DNA of 64,000 nucleotides from positions 128,001 to 192,000 of the forward strand of contig CAVXEP010000004.1 in assembly GCA_963760795.1 (NCBI GenBank). The letters are read 5' to 3'. Under the pieces are notes generated by a model, which saw nothing but the letters and a program-made list of their open reading frames with translations, was not told where the DNA came from and ran no database searches. The position numbers and the translations under genes were made by a program. This document shows positions 52,509-63,291 of this stretch, one piece after another (positions within the stretch are counted from its first letter, which is position 1; the number at the start of each line of letters is the position of its first letter). This stretch comes from an uncultured delta proteobacterium. GTDB lineage: Bacteria; Desulfobacterota; Binatia; UBA9968.

Positions 52509-52862
52509 ATGAGAATGGATAAAAACAAGAACTCCCGCAAGGGGCGAAATGGCAGGAAATCGAGATCTCGAATTGGCGCCGCGCAAGCCGCGAAAGGCAG
52601 CCGCGTCATCTCGGCGACGGACGCGGCCCGCAGTTTTTCAGAGTTGCTCGATTGTGTGTGTTATCGCGGCGAGACCTTCGTCATCGAGCGCGGCGGGGAA
52701 CCGGTTTGCCAGATGTCTCATGTAAAATCGGCGCACTTTACCGGTGCGGACCTCATTGCGCTATTGGATTCTCTGCCACACCCCGATGCCGCCTATTGGG
52801 AGGCCGTTGAAAACGCCACTCGACAAAAGCCTACGGTCCCAGAGTCGCCATGGGGACACTGA
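52509..52862 (+). CDS. Phd/YefM-type antitoxin
   Basis: ISATDAARSFSELLD.V...GETFVIERGGEPV. Confidence 0.8.
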   Translation: MRMDKNKNSRKGRNGRKSRSRIGAAQAAKGSRVISATDAARSFSELLDCVCYRGETFVIERGGEPVCQMSHVKSAHFTGADLIALLDSLPHPDAAYWEAVENATRQKPTVPESPWGH

Positions 52863-53041
52863 TCGATTCCAGCGTACTGATCGCTTGGGAGCGCGAACGA
52901 CTCGATTTGAAATCCCAACTGGCCGACCACGCCGAGAAGGACTTCGCGATTTCGACCATTACCGCGTCCGAGTTGCTCCACGGCGTCCATCGCGCCACGA
53001 CTGCAGCCCGGCGAAGCCAGCAAGAGGCCTTTGTCGAGGGC
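52850..53041 (+). pseudogene. Truncated PIN/VapC toxin
   Basis: LIDSSVLIAWER...ISTITASELLHGV; similarity stops after ~64 aa at the convergent gene. Confidence 0.75.
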
Positions 53042-53058
53042 AAAGACCAGGGGCACCT

Positions 53059-54167
53059 TCATATCGTCAGCTTCCCCGCATATCCCGGTCATCTCGACAT
53101 AGCCGTTGCCGCCCACCGGCTTGCCGCGGGCGGTGCCGCGAATCTGCACCGCGCCTTCCCAATAGGTCACGCGCGTGCTGCGATTGGTGATCAATTCCTG
53201 TTCGGGAAATGCCGGCGTGATCTCCAACTCAATCGCTTCCGAGGGAATCGTCACCTTCCACTTCATCGGATACGTGGCACCGCTTGTCGGGCTCTTCCAG
53301 CGTTGGAGCACCTCGATGCGGTAATCTTTGAGCGACAAGTTTTTGCTCGCCCCATCGGCACTCACCAGCGTGCCGCTGGAATATGGATCCACCGAGCCGT
53401 CTTTGCGGCGCATGAGATAGAGCATCAGCTCGGTTTGATTGTCGAGCTGGATGCTGAACCAGTCCCAACCGACCTGATCGTCGCGCAGCTGATTGCTGCC
53501 GAACTCGTGGTCCATCCAGGTAAGACCGCGGACTTTTTCGCTTTTGCCGTCGATGGTCAGCTCGCCGTCGGTCTCCATGCGCGTCAGCGAATAGTAGTAG
53601 GACGCACGCCCCTCGCCTTCGCCCTTTTGGCTCAGACCGTTTTGGCCATGGAGCACGGGCGCTTTCATCGAGCGAAGGCCGAGCCGCAACTGGGTGCCAC
53701 GGTCGTTGACTTGGATGACGTGATTTTTCTCATCGCCCTCAACTTTCCAGTCCTCGTTCCAGACCTGGAAGCGATCGGTCGCCGCGCCGGCTTTGTCGCC
53801 GTAGCCGCTCACGCCGGCGTTGCCGGCAATACCGCGATTGATTCGCTCGCGGAAAGTAAACTTCTTGGCGCCAATGTCCGACAGCGCGAAATGCGCCATG
53901 TAAAGCTCGTTGAAGAGCGGCGCTTGTCTTACTATCTTTCTGGCGGTCGCGCAGGCCGAAGCGAAAAAACGTCACTTGATAACCGTAGCGTTTGCCGCTT
54001 TCGGTTTCCAAATGGCCGGTGTAGTACCACCACTCGGTTTTGAAATCGGGATGGGAATAGTGATCGGCCGGAAAAGTCAGCTTTCGCCCGGGCAAGGCGA
54101 GCTGGTAGGTGAACCCGGTAGTGAGTATACAGACAGCGATCAGAGCAACGACGCGCGAGCATGACAC
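53059..54167 (-). CDS. AttH/CrtC-like (lipocalin-like) secreted protein; indels near 53085 and 53915
   Basis: FPADH..HPDFKTEWWYYTG, YGYQ.TFFR, ASYYYS, WMDHEF, GWDWF, YWEG, GYVEMTG. Confidence 0.82.
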
Positions 54168-54299
54168 GCCCTGACCCTTCCCTCTCCTCTCAGGGGAGAG
54201 GGTTGAAGCAAGCATCCGCGCCGTCGGTGAAACCATGGGAGATTTTTTTTCCTGTCGGCAGAATTGCAGTGCCATTTCGACTAGTGTTATAGGGAGCCT

Positions 54300-55131
54300 A
54301 TGGAAAAGCAATACAGCCGCGACACCTTGCTCATCACCGTCTCCGACTTGCAGAAAAAACTCGGCTCGCCGAATCTCTGCGTCATCGACGTCCGGCCAGC
54401 GGAAGATTTTGCCCGGGGCCATATCCCCGGCGCCAGTCATTTCGATCTCTTCGGCCTGAGTCTGGTCGACACCAGCGACGCCCCGCTCAGAGCTTTCATG
54501 TACATGATCCACCATGTACTCGAACTGCGCGGGGTCAGCGAGACCAAAGAAGTCGTCTTCTACGAAGACAACTCCGGCATGCGCGCGGCGCGCGGCGTCT
54601 GGTTCTTGGAGTACTACGGCCATGCCAACGTCAAAATGCTCGACGGCGGCATGCAGGCCTGGCTAGCCGCCGGCGCGCCGGTGACCATCGACGGAACCGC
54701 GCCCAAAGCCGCAGCGTTCAAAACCGCCGAACGGCGCGAAGTTTTGGCCACCGCGGACGACATGCTTCGCGCTCTCGACCAGAAAGACACGATCATCCTC
54801 GACACCCGCAGCGAAGGCGAACACTTCGGCACCATGGTTCGCGCGGCACGCGGCGGCGCGATACCCGCATTCCATCCACATCGAGTGGACCGACAATCTC
54901 GATGCCACCGGCAAGTTCAAATCGAACGCGGAGCTGAAAGCGATGTACGACCACGCCGGCGTCACACCGGACAAAGAAGTCTATTCCTACTGCCAGGGCG
55001 GCTATCGCGCCGCCCACAGCTACATTGCGCTGCGATTGTTGGGCTTTGCGAAAGTGCGCAACTACATCGGCTCGTGGAAGGAATGGGGCGACCGCACCGA
55101 TCTGCCGTTGGAAATCCCACAGAAGAACTAA
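54300..55131 (+). CDS. Two-domain rhodanese/sulfurtransferase; indel near 54870
   Basis: IDVR...GHIPGA, AARGVW.LEYYG, LDGG, LDTRS..E, YCQGGYRA, NYIGSWKEW. Confidence 0.85.
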
Positions 55132-55142
55132 AAAGAAGATTC

Positions 55143-55222
55143 GCCACGAAGGACACGCAGAGCACGAAGATCGGAATCTTATTCGTCCGAAACCTTCGTG
55201 TCCTTCGTGCTCTTCGTGGTGC
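55143..55222. repeat. CACGAAG/CTTCGTG palindromic repeat
   Basis: gccacgaaggacacgcagagcacgaag ... cttcgtgtccttcgtgctcttcgtggtg. Confidence 0.82.
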
Positions 55223-55257
55223 GAGCATTCCGACAATACACTGGTATAGACAAAACC

Positions 55258-56214
55258 ATGAAATGCTTTTTCCCACTGGCGCTGCTTGGACTCATCTTAG
55301 CGCGGTCCGATCTCGCCGTCGCCGCCGAAGCCCGAAAGGTCACGCTCTCCTACTCCGCCGTCAGCATGACCTGGTTTCCGGTCAAAGTCGCCGTCGAAAA
55401 AGGCTTCTTTCGTAGCGAAGGGCTTGGAGCCGCAGCTGATTCAGATGAACGGCAACGTCGCCACCGTCGCGCTGGCCAACGGCCATATCGATTTCTCATT
55501 GAATATTTCACCGGTGCTCAACGGCGCCATGCAGGGGCTGGGCACCAAACTCGTGGCCGCGCTCAATTCGCGGCCGTTGTTTTCCCTGGTCGTGCGCCCG
55601 GAGATCAACCGCGCCGCCGATTTGAAAGGGCAAAGTCTTCGCCGTCAGCTCGTTCGGCAACACCCAAGCGATTCTCACGGAAAAACATTTGCAGCACCTC
55701 GGTTTGAAGAAAGGCGAATACCAATTGCTGGCCATGGGCGCGACGCCGGCGCGGGTCGCGGCGCTGGAGAAAAACATCGCCCAAGGCAGCCTGATGCCGC
55801 TGCCGACTAACGTGCAGATGGAAAACCGCGGCTATCGCCTGCTCGGCAATACCGCCGAGATCGTCGCCCACCCGATCGCCGGTCTTGGCGTCCATGAAGA
55901 TAGAATCAAAAAAGATCCCGACCTGATCAAGCGCGTCGATTCGCGCGACGCTGCGCAGCCTGCAACTATTGCAGACCAGTCCAAAAGAGACCGTCAAGAT
56001 TCTCATGGACTGGACGCGCGCCAACGAGAAGGATGCGTTACGTTCGCTGGAGCTAGCCAAGCCTGGCTTCAGCAAGAATGGCTTGCTCACCGACGACGAT
56101 CTCAGCATCGAATGGAGCTTCATTCAGCAGCAGACCAAGAAAACCCATGTGCCGGTGAGCATCGCCCATGACATGACGCTGTTGCGTGAGGTGCAGCGGG
56201 AAATGGGCCTATAG
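55258..56214 (+). CDS. NitT/TauT-type substrate-binding protein; several indels
   Basis: Signal peptide, VAVEKGFF..EG, ADLKG, then pieces in successive frames up to 56214. Confidence 0.72.
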
Positions 56215-56390
56215 CAGGCTGCTGGAAAAGACCCATAGGCCGACTGCCCTGAGCAGCGTCGAAGGGTGCGCTCAATCGCCTCGCGTCAACGTGCTCCGTT
56301 CAAACCGTTTGAATACCAAGCCCAGCGTGAGGTAAAGAAACGGCAACGTCGTGAGCAATTTCATTCGGCAATCGGCCAAGGAGATAAACT

Positions 56391-57336
56391 ATGCGAACCT
56401 TAGACTTACTCGCCAGCGACTCGTCCCACCTGCCCTTTCTTTACGTGTTCAAAGAATCGAAGGTCATGGAGAAGTACGGCTTCGAGATCGATCTGCATAT
56501 CGTCGGCGGCGCCAAAGCGCCGACCATGGCGCACCGCGCCAAGCTCGCGCTGGCCGGCGAGATCGATTTCTTGAGCGGGCTGCATCATGAGACCTACCGC
56601 GAGCGCGCCAAGGGCGAAAAGCGCTTGACCTATCTCGCCCAGGCGCAGAACAACTGGGACGACCGTTTGGTGGTCCGCCCGGAAATCAAAACGGTCGAAG
56701 ATCTCAAGGGCAAAAAAATTGTCTGCCATTCCAAAGCTCCCTGCGTGTCCGGTAATCTGCGCGCGGTCTTGGAAGAATGCGGCCTCAAGCCGGAAGAGAT
56801 CAACATGGACGTGATCGACGACACTTCCGGCAAGTTTTTAGAATTCGTCGATGAGATAACCTCCGGCAAAGCCGTCGGCGCGCTGGTCGATATGCCTTTT
56901 GATCTCTATGGCGATCAAAAAAGGATTGCACGTTCTCGCGCTGCCCGACCGGCCGGTGATTCATAACACCACCCTGCTCGCGACCAGCGATTACATCAAG
57001 GAAAACCCGGAAACCGTCGACGCGTTTATCAAAGGATTCATCGAAGCGCTGCACTATTTCAAAACCAAGCCGGCGGAAGTGGTGGCGATCCTGAAGAACA
57101 ATTTAGCGGCGCGTTACGGCCTGCAAGACGACGAATACTACGTCCACTTGCAGCGCGAGTGGGCCAAGCTGCTGTCCAAGAAACCCTACCCGCTGCCGGC
57201 GGCGATTCAAAACGTCTACGACCTCGACGTCGGCAAGGATCCCAAGATGCAACACATCGGACCGATGGAGCCGTGGGATTTGCACTATCTGCGGCAGATC
57301 GACGACACCGGGTTTATCGACAAGCTGTACGCCTAG
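56391..57336 (+). CDS. NitT/TauT-type binding protein with no obvious signal peptide; indel near 56915
   Basis: AAGGAG RBS; IKTVEDLKGKKI, YIKENPETVDAFIKGFIEA, YLRQIDDTGFIDKLY. Confidence 0.72.
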
Positions 57337-57343
57337 CCAAAAT

Positions 57344-57394
57344 GAGAAATCTCCGTTACCCCTTGGACTCGCCTCGGGGTAGCGGAGATTTCCC
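57344..57394. terminator. Hairpin between convergent genes
   Basis: gagaaatctccgttacccc ... ggggtagcggagatttccc. Confidence 0.55.
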
Positions 57395-57491
57395 AGAACC
57401 ACTGCTTCGTCGTTGCTGACGGTTTGCTCGTTGGCCGCGCCCGATGCGCAGTCTACTTCACTGCACGCCGTCGATTGAAAAGTTGCCGCAG

Positions 57492-58574
57492 CTAGCGCCG
57501 GCCATCGCTAAACGCCAGCGGGCCGCCAATCTCCCACAAATAGATCATGTGGTTATTGCCGGCGACGTCGCGATAGTTTTCCGCTACCTTGGGCTGCCAC
57601 TCGGCCATATCGAAAGTGTAAGAAACCACCCGCGCACCGCTCTTCAACTGACTCATTAGGCGCGGCCGGACGGTCAGGTTACCGTCGTAGGAGAGATAGA
57701 GCGTCACCACCGATGGCAATGATAAATCCGCCGTCAAGAAATCCTGCTGGCGGATTTCCACCAGACGCTCGACGCCTTGTTTGCGCACATTCTCACGGGC
57801 CAGTTTGACCAGACCGGGATCGATTTCGAAGCCCACTGCCTTGACGGCGAATTTCTTGGCCGCGGCGATCACCACGCGGCCGTCGCCGGCGCCAAGATCG
57901 TAGAGCACATCCCCTGGCTTCACCGCCGCAAGTCGTAGCATGCGATCGACAACTTCCTGCGGCGTCGGATCAAAGGGCGCCAGTTGCCCGGAGCTTCGGA
58001 TACGCGATTCAGCGGGCGGCGAGTCGTCGGTATAACGACGCTCCTCGCGCACCACTCCCGGTGCCATTTCGGTAATCACCGTGTTCGACGAATAGTAAGG
58101 TGTGTCGAAAACACGATGCCTGGATAGGGATAGACGATCGGCCAATGTCGGTCGGTGCGGACGATGCGGCGGAAAAGGCCGATTCGCTAGGGGCGGGCGA
58201 TGCGTCAGCGGTGGCCGATGCGGCAACCCCGGGGATTCGATAATCACTGTGGGCGTATGACGCGCCGGATTTGCCGGCGTGACAGTCACACCGCCGCCAT
58301 GAACGACGGGGGGAACGAACTGTGGCACGGCGGCCTGTGGCGTGCTCTGAATGGTTACGCCCGGCGCCGGCGTGACGGCTGGTCTCGGCGTGGTCGTGAT
58401 GGTTACGGAACCCGGCGTGCCGCTACGCGTCGGGCTCGTGGTCATGCCGGACTGTCCTGAACCTGACGAATTTCCTCCACTGCCGGTTGCGAAACCGCGG
58501 AACCCCTGGGCCGCGGCGCTTGACGTAATAGTCAAGGCGACCGCAAGAACTGTCATTGGAGTGGCTAGGTTCAT
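57492..58574 (-). CDS. Class I SAM methyltransferase with signal peptide and Pro/Thr-rich N-terminus
   Basis: APFDPTP..VV..ML, LYDLGAGDGR, GFEID, VVTLYL, GARVVS..F. Confidence 0.82.
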   Translation of the reverse strand: MNLATPMTVLAVALTITSSAAAQGFRGFATGSGGNSSGSGQSGMTTSPTRSGTPGSVTITTTPRPAVTPAPGVTIQSTPQAAVPQFVPPVVHGGGVTVTPANPARHTPTVIIESPGLPHRPPLTHRPPLANRPFPPHRPHRPTLADRLSLSRHRVFDTPYYSSNTVITEMAPGVVREERRYTDDSPPAESRIRSSGQLAPFDPTPQEVVDRMLRLAAVKPGDVLYDLGAGDGRVVIAAAKKFAVKAVGFEIDPGLVKLARENVRKQGVERLVEIRQQDFLTADLSLPSVVTLYLSYDGNLTVRPRLMSQLKSGARVVSYTFDMAEWQPKVAENYRDVAGNNHMIYLWEIGGPLAFSDGRR

Positions 58575-58630
58575 AACGCCTCCGAAATACAGAGACATCA
58601 TAGGGAGTCCGCCCCAGCCAAGTCAATACG

Positions 58631-59908
58631 CTAACTTTGTGACGACACGCCGAGCCCGCGCACCACCGGCGCGCGCCAGGCGATGAGCAAGGCCAGAACG
58701 ATAACGATGACGCCCATCAAACTCACCGTCATCGGCGCGCCGACATAATGGGCGCATACCCCGGCAAACAGGGAACCCACCGGCATGAGACCGCGATCGA
58801 GCGCGTAAAGGCTCATCACCCGGCCGCGCAGATGGTCGGGCACGATCAATTGGATCATCGTGTGGGTGGTCGCCATGTAAAAGATTTGAAACACGCCTTG
58901 GCAGACGAGCGTCAAGAGCGACAAGGGAAACGAAGTGGTCCAGGAAAATAGGATCATCAGGAAACCGAGCACGACCAGACTGACGAGCATAAACACGCCC
59001 TGGCGTTTGATCCGGCTCGACAGCGTAGCCAGGGCAAGACCGGCCAGCAGCGCACCCAAACCAGGGGCGGCTAAGAGCATGCCCAGCCCTTCCGGCCCCA
59101 CATGCAAGACATCTTTCTGGAACACCGGCATGAGGATTTGAAACGGCATGGCGAAGACCCGCGGCACCAACGCCGCGGTCATCAGGGCGAAGACGATGGG
59201 ATTGGACCAAACGTAGATAAGACCCTCCTGGAGATTCGCCAAAGGAGAAGTCCGCCGCGCCTCGCCAGGTGTCGCCGGAACGACCATCCGATAGACGAAT
59301 AAAAGTACCACCGCGTAGGCGGCAGCTTGAACGAAAAAGTTTCCCGCCGCGCCGAAGGCGACAATCAGTAAGCCGCCCGCCGAAGGGCCGATGACTTTGG
59401 TCATGTTGAACGCCGCCGAGTTCAGCGCCACGGCATTCATGAGATCCGCTTTCGGCACCAGCACCGGCACCAAACTTTGGCGGATCGGATCGACGAACGC
59501 CCAAGCGATGCCGGTCAAGACCGTGAAGGTAAACAAATGCCAGACCGCGAGTATCCCCGAAGCCACCAAGACGCCCATGAGGAAAGTCAGCGCAGCTAAA
59601 AAGCATTCGCAAGCAAGAATGAGCCGGCGCCGGTCCATGCGGTCGGCGAAGACGCCGGCAATTGGACTGGCGACGAGGAACGGCAGCGCGCGTAGTCCAT
59701 TGAGCACACCGAGCAACACCGACGAACCGGTCAGATCGTAAACCAGCCAGCCCAGGGTCACTTGTTGGACCCATTGGCCGGCGCTCATGAACACCGTGCC
59801 AAACCATAGGTAGCGATAATTACGATGGGTCAGCGAGGTGAAAGTCTTGGCGAGAAAACCCTGCGCCATCGCGGGCGCGGCAGATTCGATACTTGCGGGC
59901 TCTTTCAA
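58631..59908 (-). CDS. MFS transporter (MFS_3-like)
   Basis: SL.HRNYRYLW, GVFADRMDRRR, NAVALNS, HLRGRVMSLY; about 12 TMs. Confidence 0.9.
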   Translation of the reverse strand: MKEPASIESAAPAMAQGFLAKTFTSLTHRNYRYLWFGTVFMSAGQWVQQVTLGWLVYDLTGSSVLLGVLNGLRALPFLVASPIAGVFADRMDRRRLILACECFLAALTFLMGVLVASGILAVWHLFTFTVLTGIAWAFVDPIRQSLVPVLVPKADLMNAVALNSAAFNMTKVIGPSAGGLLIVAFGAAGNFFVQAAAYAVVLLFVYRMVVPATPGEARRTSPLANLQEGLIYVWSNPIVFALMTAALVPRVFAMPFQILMPVFQKDVLHVGPEGLGMLLAAPGLGALLAGLALATLSSRIKRQGVFMLVSLVVLGFLMILFSWTTSFPLSLLTLVCQGVFQIFYMATTHTMIQLIVPDHLRGRVMSLYALDRGLMPVGSLFAGVCAHYVGAPMTVSLMGVIVIVLALLIAWRAPVVRGLGVSSQS

Positions 59909-60046
59909 GGCAATTGTTCCTGGTCGCGCTGGGAATCCCCCGGCGCCGCTAGAGCCAGCGAAAATATTTGTGCACGGAGAAACCGCGAAATAGAAAGCGC
60001 GAAGAGCCGCAGTATGGAGCTTACGGTCTAAGATCGCCGCCGTTGT

Positions 60047-60838
60047 CTAGTTGGCTCTGGCGACGAACTTAGCATCTTCGGTGCGAACAAAGCCAGGCGG
60101 GTTGCCATGTTTTGAGCGCACTTCCAACCACTGGCCGAGGCCGCGCACCACTGTGATTTCCGTGCCGCCGCCGATCCGGTTCAGCACGCGCGAGCTGCTC
60201 AGCGGTTCCTCATGGACGTCGGTGGCACGCACGGTTTCATACAACCCCGGCTCGAGGATCCGGCGCGCCACCGGCGTAGGCGGTGGTGGCGGTAAAGCCG
60301 GACTCTGCGCGCGCGAGCGCACCGGTGGTAGCGCGGGCGCGGGGCGACTTGCCAACCTGTTTACTTCCCGCTCGGCATCCTTGCGCTTTTGCTGCGCCGC
60401 GGCCAGACTCTTTTCCCGGACGTCAAGCTTGGTTTTAAGTTCTTCCAGCTGCGCCGCGCTGACTTTCAATTCTTCACCCGACTGCGCCAACTGCGCTTCG
60501 AGAGCCTTGAGCTTTTGCTCGCTTGCTTGCAGCGCTTTTTCCTTAGCTTCCAGTAACGGTGCGAGGTCTGCACGCTCGCTGTGTCCGCCGACGAGAAACA
60601 CACCCAGACCGAAGACCAACACGCCCAAGACCAGAATAAGCTTCGAGCCCAACGGAATCCCTGATCTTGCTGGTTTGACGCTGGCCACAGGTGACTCTTT
60701 GTCTTGACTCGGCCACTGCGGCACTGGCGCGGCACTAAGACTCGCCCGGCAATACGGGCAGGTCAAAGTGTCCAGCGCGATACTATTGGCGCAATTGGGA
60801 CAGAGACGGGTTTGGATTGTCGATACTGCCATTGGCAT
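60047..60838 (-). CDS. Membrane protein: Zn ribbon, TM, coiled coil, SH3b domain
   Basis: CPNC...CPYC; TM helix; heptad region; VHEEP...V......WLEV......GFV. Confidence 0.75.
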   Translation of the reverse strand: MPMAVSTIQTRLCPNCANSIALDTLTCPYCRASLSAAPVPQWPSQDKESPVASVKPARSGIPLGSKLILVLGVLVFGLGVFLVGGHSERADLAPLLEAKEKALQASEQKLKALEAQLAQSGEELKVSAAQLEELKTKLDVREKSLAAAQQKRKDAEREVNRLASRPAPALPPVRSRAQSPALPPPPPTPVARRILEPGLYETVRATDVHEEPLSSSRVLNRIGGGTEITVVRGLGQWLEVRSKHGNPPGFVRTEDAKFVARAN

Positions 60839-61037
60839 CTACTCCACAGCGAATCTCGACGGAAGCCATCGATTGGTCCCCTCGGATGCCGCTAACTCGA
60901 CATCATTTTGCGGCGATCTGGCGGCACCGTCAAGGCTTTTGTCGATTAGACGTTGGTCAAGACAGAAATGAGCCAAAAATGATAACTTGCCCCGGCAAAT
61001 TTCCTGGGCTATACAACGCTGGGAGGATTTTCTAACC

Positions 61038-61982
61038 ATGGCAGTGATCATCAGCGAAGCACAAACTCGCAAGCTTATCGACATGTCCCAAGCCGTCAAC
61101 CTGGTGGACAAAATATTTCGCGACCGCGCCGCCGGCAAGATGCGCAACGTGCCGCGCCGCCGCCTCAAGGGCAGCTCCAAGCAGCTCAACATGATGGCCG
61201 CCTGGAACCAGGATTCCGACCTGATCTGCCTGCGCTCCTACGCCGCCGGCGCCAACATTGTCACGCTGTTTCACGGCGGCAAGGGCGGCATTCAAGGGAT
61301 CGTCAACATGGCCTACTTGAGCAGCCTGCGCACAGGCGCCGCCACCGGCGTCGCCGCCAAGTATCTTGCCCCCGCGGGTAGCAAAGTTCTCGGCATCATC
61401 GGCCCCGGCTGGCAAGCGACCTTTCAAGTAGAGGCCGTCATGGAAACCTGCGATATCGAGCAAATCGTCGTCTGGGGCCGCACGCCCAAGCGGCGCAAGG
61501 ATTTCGTCAAGCAAATGGCCAAAGTGGTCAAGAAAGTGGACTGGAAGGAAGTCGACAGCATCGATGAGTGCGAAGGGCTCTCGGACATCCTGGTGGTATC
61601 GACGGATTCGACGACACCGGTGGCGACGGGCAATAACCTGAAGCCTGAAGTGCTGGTCGCCTCCATCGGCGCCAATGCCACGGTCAAACACGAAGTTTCC
61701 AATAGCCTGATCCGGCGCATGGACCTGATCGTCACCGACGACATCGCCGCCGCCAAAGCCGATAGCGGCGACCTGGTCGAAGCCTGCCAAACCCGCATCG
61801 CCCGCTGGGAAGACATCTTGCCGCTGGAAAAGTTCGTCGCCGACGGCGCGCCGCAGCCGCGCCCCAAGCGCATCTTCTTTCAATCCAACGGCATCGCCGA
61901 TGAAGACCTAGCCGTCGGCAAGTTCGTCCTCGACCAGGCCAAGCGCAAGAAAATCAAGGTTAGAAACGTAACCGAGATTTAA
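61038..61982 (+). CDS. Ornithine cyclodeaminase/mu-crystallin family protein
   Basis: LRTGAATGVAAKYLA, GIIGPGWQA, SIGAN, FQSNGIA.EDLA. Confidence 0.88.
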   Translation: MAVIISEAQTRKLIDMSQAVNLVDKIFRDRAAGKMRNVPRRRLKGSSKQLNMMAAWNQDSDLICLRSYAAGANIVTLFHGGKGGIQGIVNMAYLSSLRTGAATGVAAKYLAPAGSKVLGIIGPGWQATFQVEAVMETCDIEQIVVWGRTPKRRKDFVKQMAKVVKKVDWKEVDSIDECEGLSDILVVSTDSTTPVATGNNLKPEVLVASIGANATVKHEVSNSLIRRMDLIVTDDIAAAKADSGDLVEACQTRIARWEDILPLEKFVADGAPQPRPKRIFFQSNGIADEDLAVGKFVLDQAKRKKIKVRNVTEI

Positions 61983-62004
61983 TCGCAGCTATTAGCAGAT
62001 ATGC

Positions 62005-62088
62005 TGACCGCGAAGACACGAAGATCACGTAGGATTCCGAAATCATCGAAATTCTTTGCCTTCGTGAACTTCGTGTCCTTCGTGGTGA
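62005..62088. repeat. CACGAAG/CTTCGTG palindromic repeat
   Basis: accgcgaagacacgaagatcacg ... cttcgtgaacttcgtgtccttcgtggtg. Confidence 0.78.
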
Positions 62089-62143
62089 GTAATCAATTCG
62101 ACAAATCAGCGACGACTACCGACGGCATCGAGCAAAGCGAATC

Positions 62144-63221
62144 ATGGCACAACTTTACCGGCGAGCTCGGCCTGCAATTCGTCACCCATTTGGCCAATCA
62201 CTACAGCCTGCGCGACCTCGTGCGGCTGGCGCAGCTCGGCGCCGATAGCGGCTTCTGCCAGATTTGGGTCAACGACAACATTCGCTACCGCAACCAGATG
62301 GTGGTGCTGACCGCCATCGCGTCGCAGGTGCCGATCCGTTTGGGCACCGCGATCATGGTGCCGTATTTCCATAATCCCTTGGACATGGCGGACTCCTTCG
62401 CCGCGCTCTCGGAATTGTGCGAAGGCCGCGAGATCGGCATCGGCATCGCCCGCGGCGACCTCGGCCAATCGCCGCAGCATGTCCAAGCGCACAAGCCCAT
62501 CGCCATGGTCAGCGAGACCACCCTGCTGCTGCGCCGTGCGCTCGCCGGCGAAGAGTTCCCCTACTCCGACTTTCCCTTTTTAACGGAATTTTACCGCCTC
62601 AATCCCAAGGGCAAATTCCAGCTCGCCTTCAAGCCAAGAACACAGTTCAAATTCTACGGCGGCGGCAACGGGCCGCAATCGTTGCGCCTGTGCGGCCGCA
62701 TCATGGACGGCTTGATCAGCTCGGGCACCTACATCCCGATGCTCAAAGCCGGCCGGCTCGAAGGTATGCTCGCCACCGCCGAAAGCGCGGCACGAGCCGA
62801 AGACCCTGAGAAACGCTTGCACAAGGTCTGCGAATTGAATGTTTCGATTGCCGCGAATAGAGAGCAAGCATTAGATTTTCCCCGGCGCCAAGTTGCGCAC
62901 TCGATCCTGCAATGGGAAGCGTTGGGCTTCACGCCGGAAGAATACGCCAAGATGGGCGTGACGAGAGAGCAGGTTTTAAAGCTGAAAGAAGCCTTCGAGT
63001 CCGGCGCCACGGTCGAGCAAGCCGCCACGCTGGTCACAGATCACATGGTGCGCTGCTACTACGCCGCGGGAAAACCGGAGGAAGTCAGAGATCAGATCAT
63101 CGAACTGGTCGGCGCCGCCGGCCGATTGGGCTACGACCATGTCGCCTTCGCCAAGCTTGGGCCGGATTATGACGAAGCGATTAAATTACTCGCCGAACAG
63201 ATAGTCCCGGCGCTGCGCTAA
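62144..63221 (+). CDS. LLM-class (luciferase-like) flavin/F420-dependent oxidoreductase; start approximate, ATG 62144 is one base out of frame
   Basis: GF..IWVND, RLGTAI..P...NP...A...A.LSE...GR...GI.RG, GGNGPQSL.L.GRI.DG. Confidence 0.82.
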
Positions 63222-63291
63222 TCCGCGAAAAGGTGGAGAGGCCGTAGCATGTTGCGCCACTGTCCGTACCAACAAACCAGAATTCAGCTCC

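Noticed and set aside
52850-54043. 397-aa PIN fusion protein
   Set aside because: Only the first ~64 aa are PIN-like; the rest is antisense read-through of the AttH/CrtC-like gene.
56214-56312. gcaggctgctggaaaag plus cctgagcagcgtcgaaggg as an IS end
   Set aside because: There is no partner IR or transposase; it is more likely a degenerate REP-like intergenic sequence.
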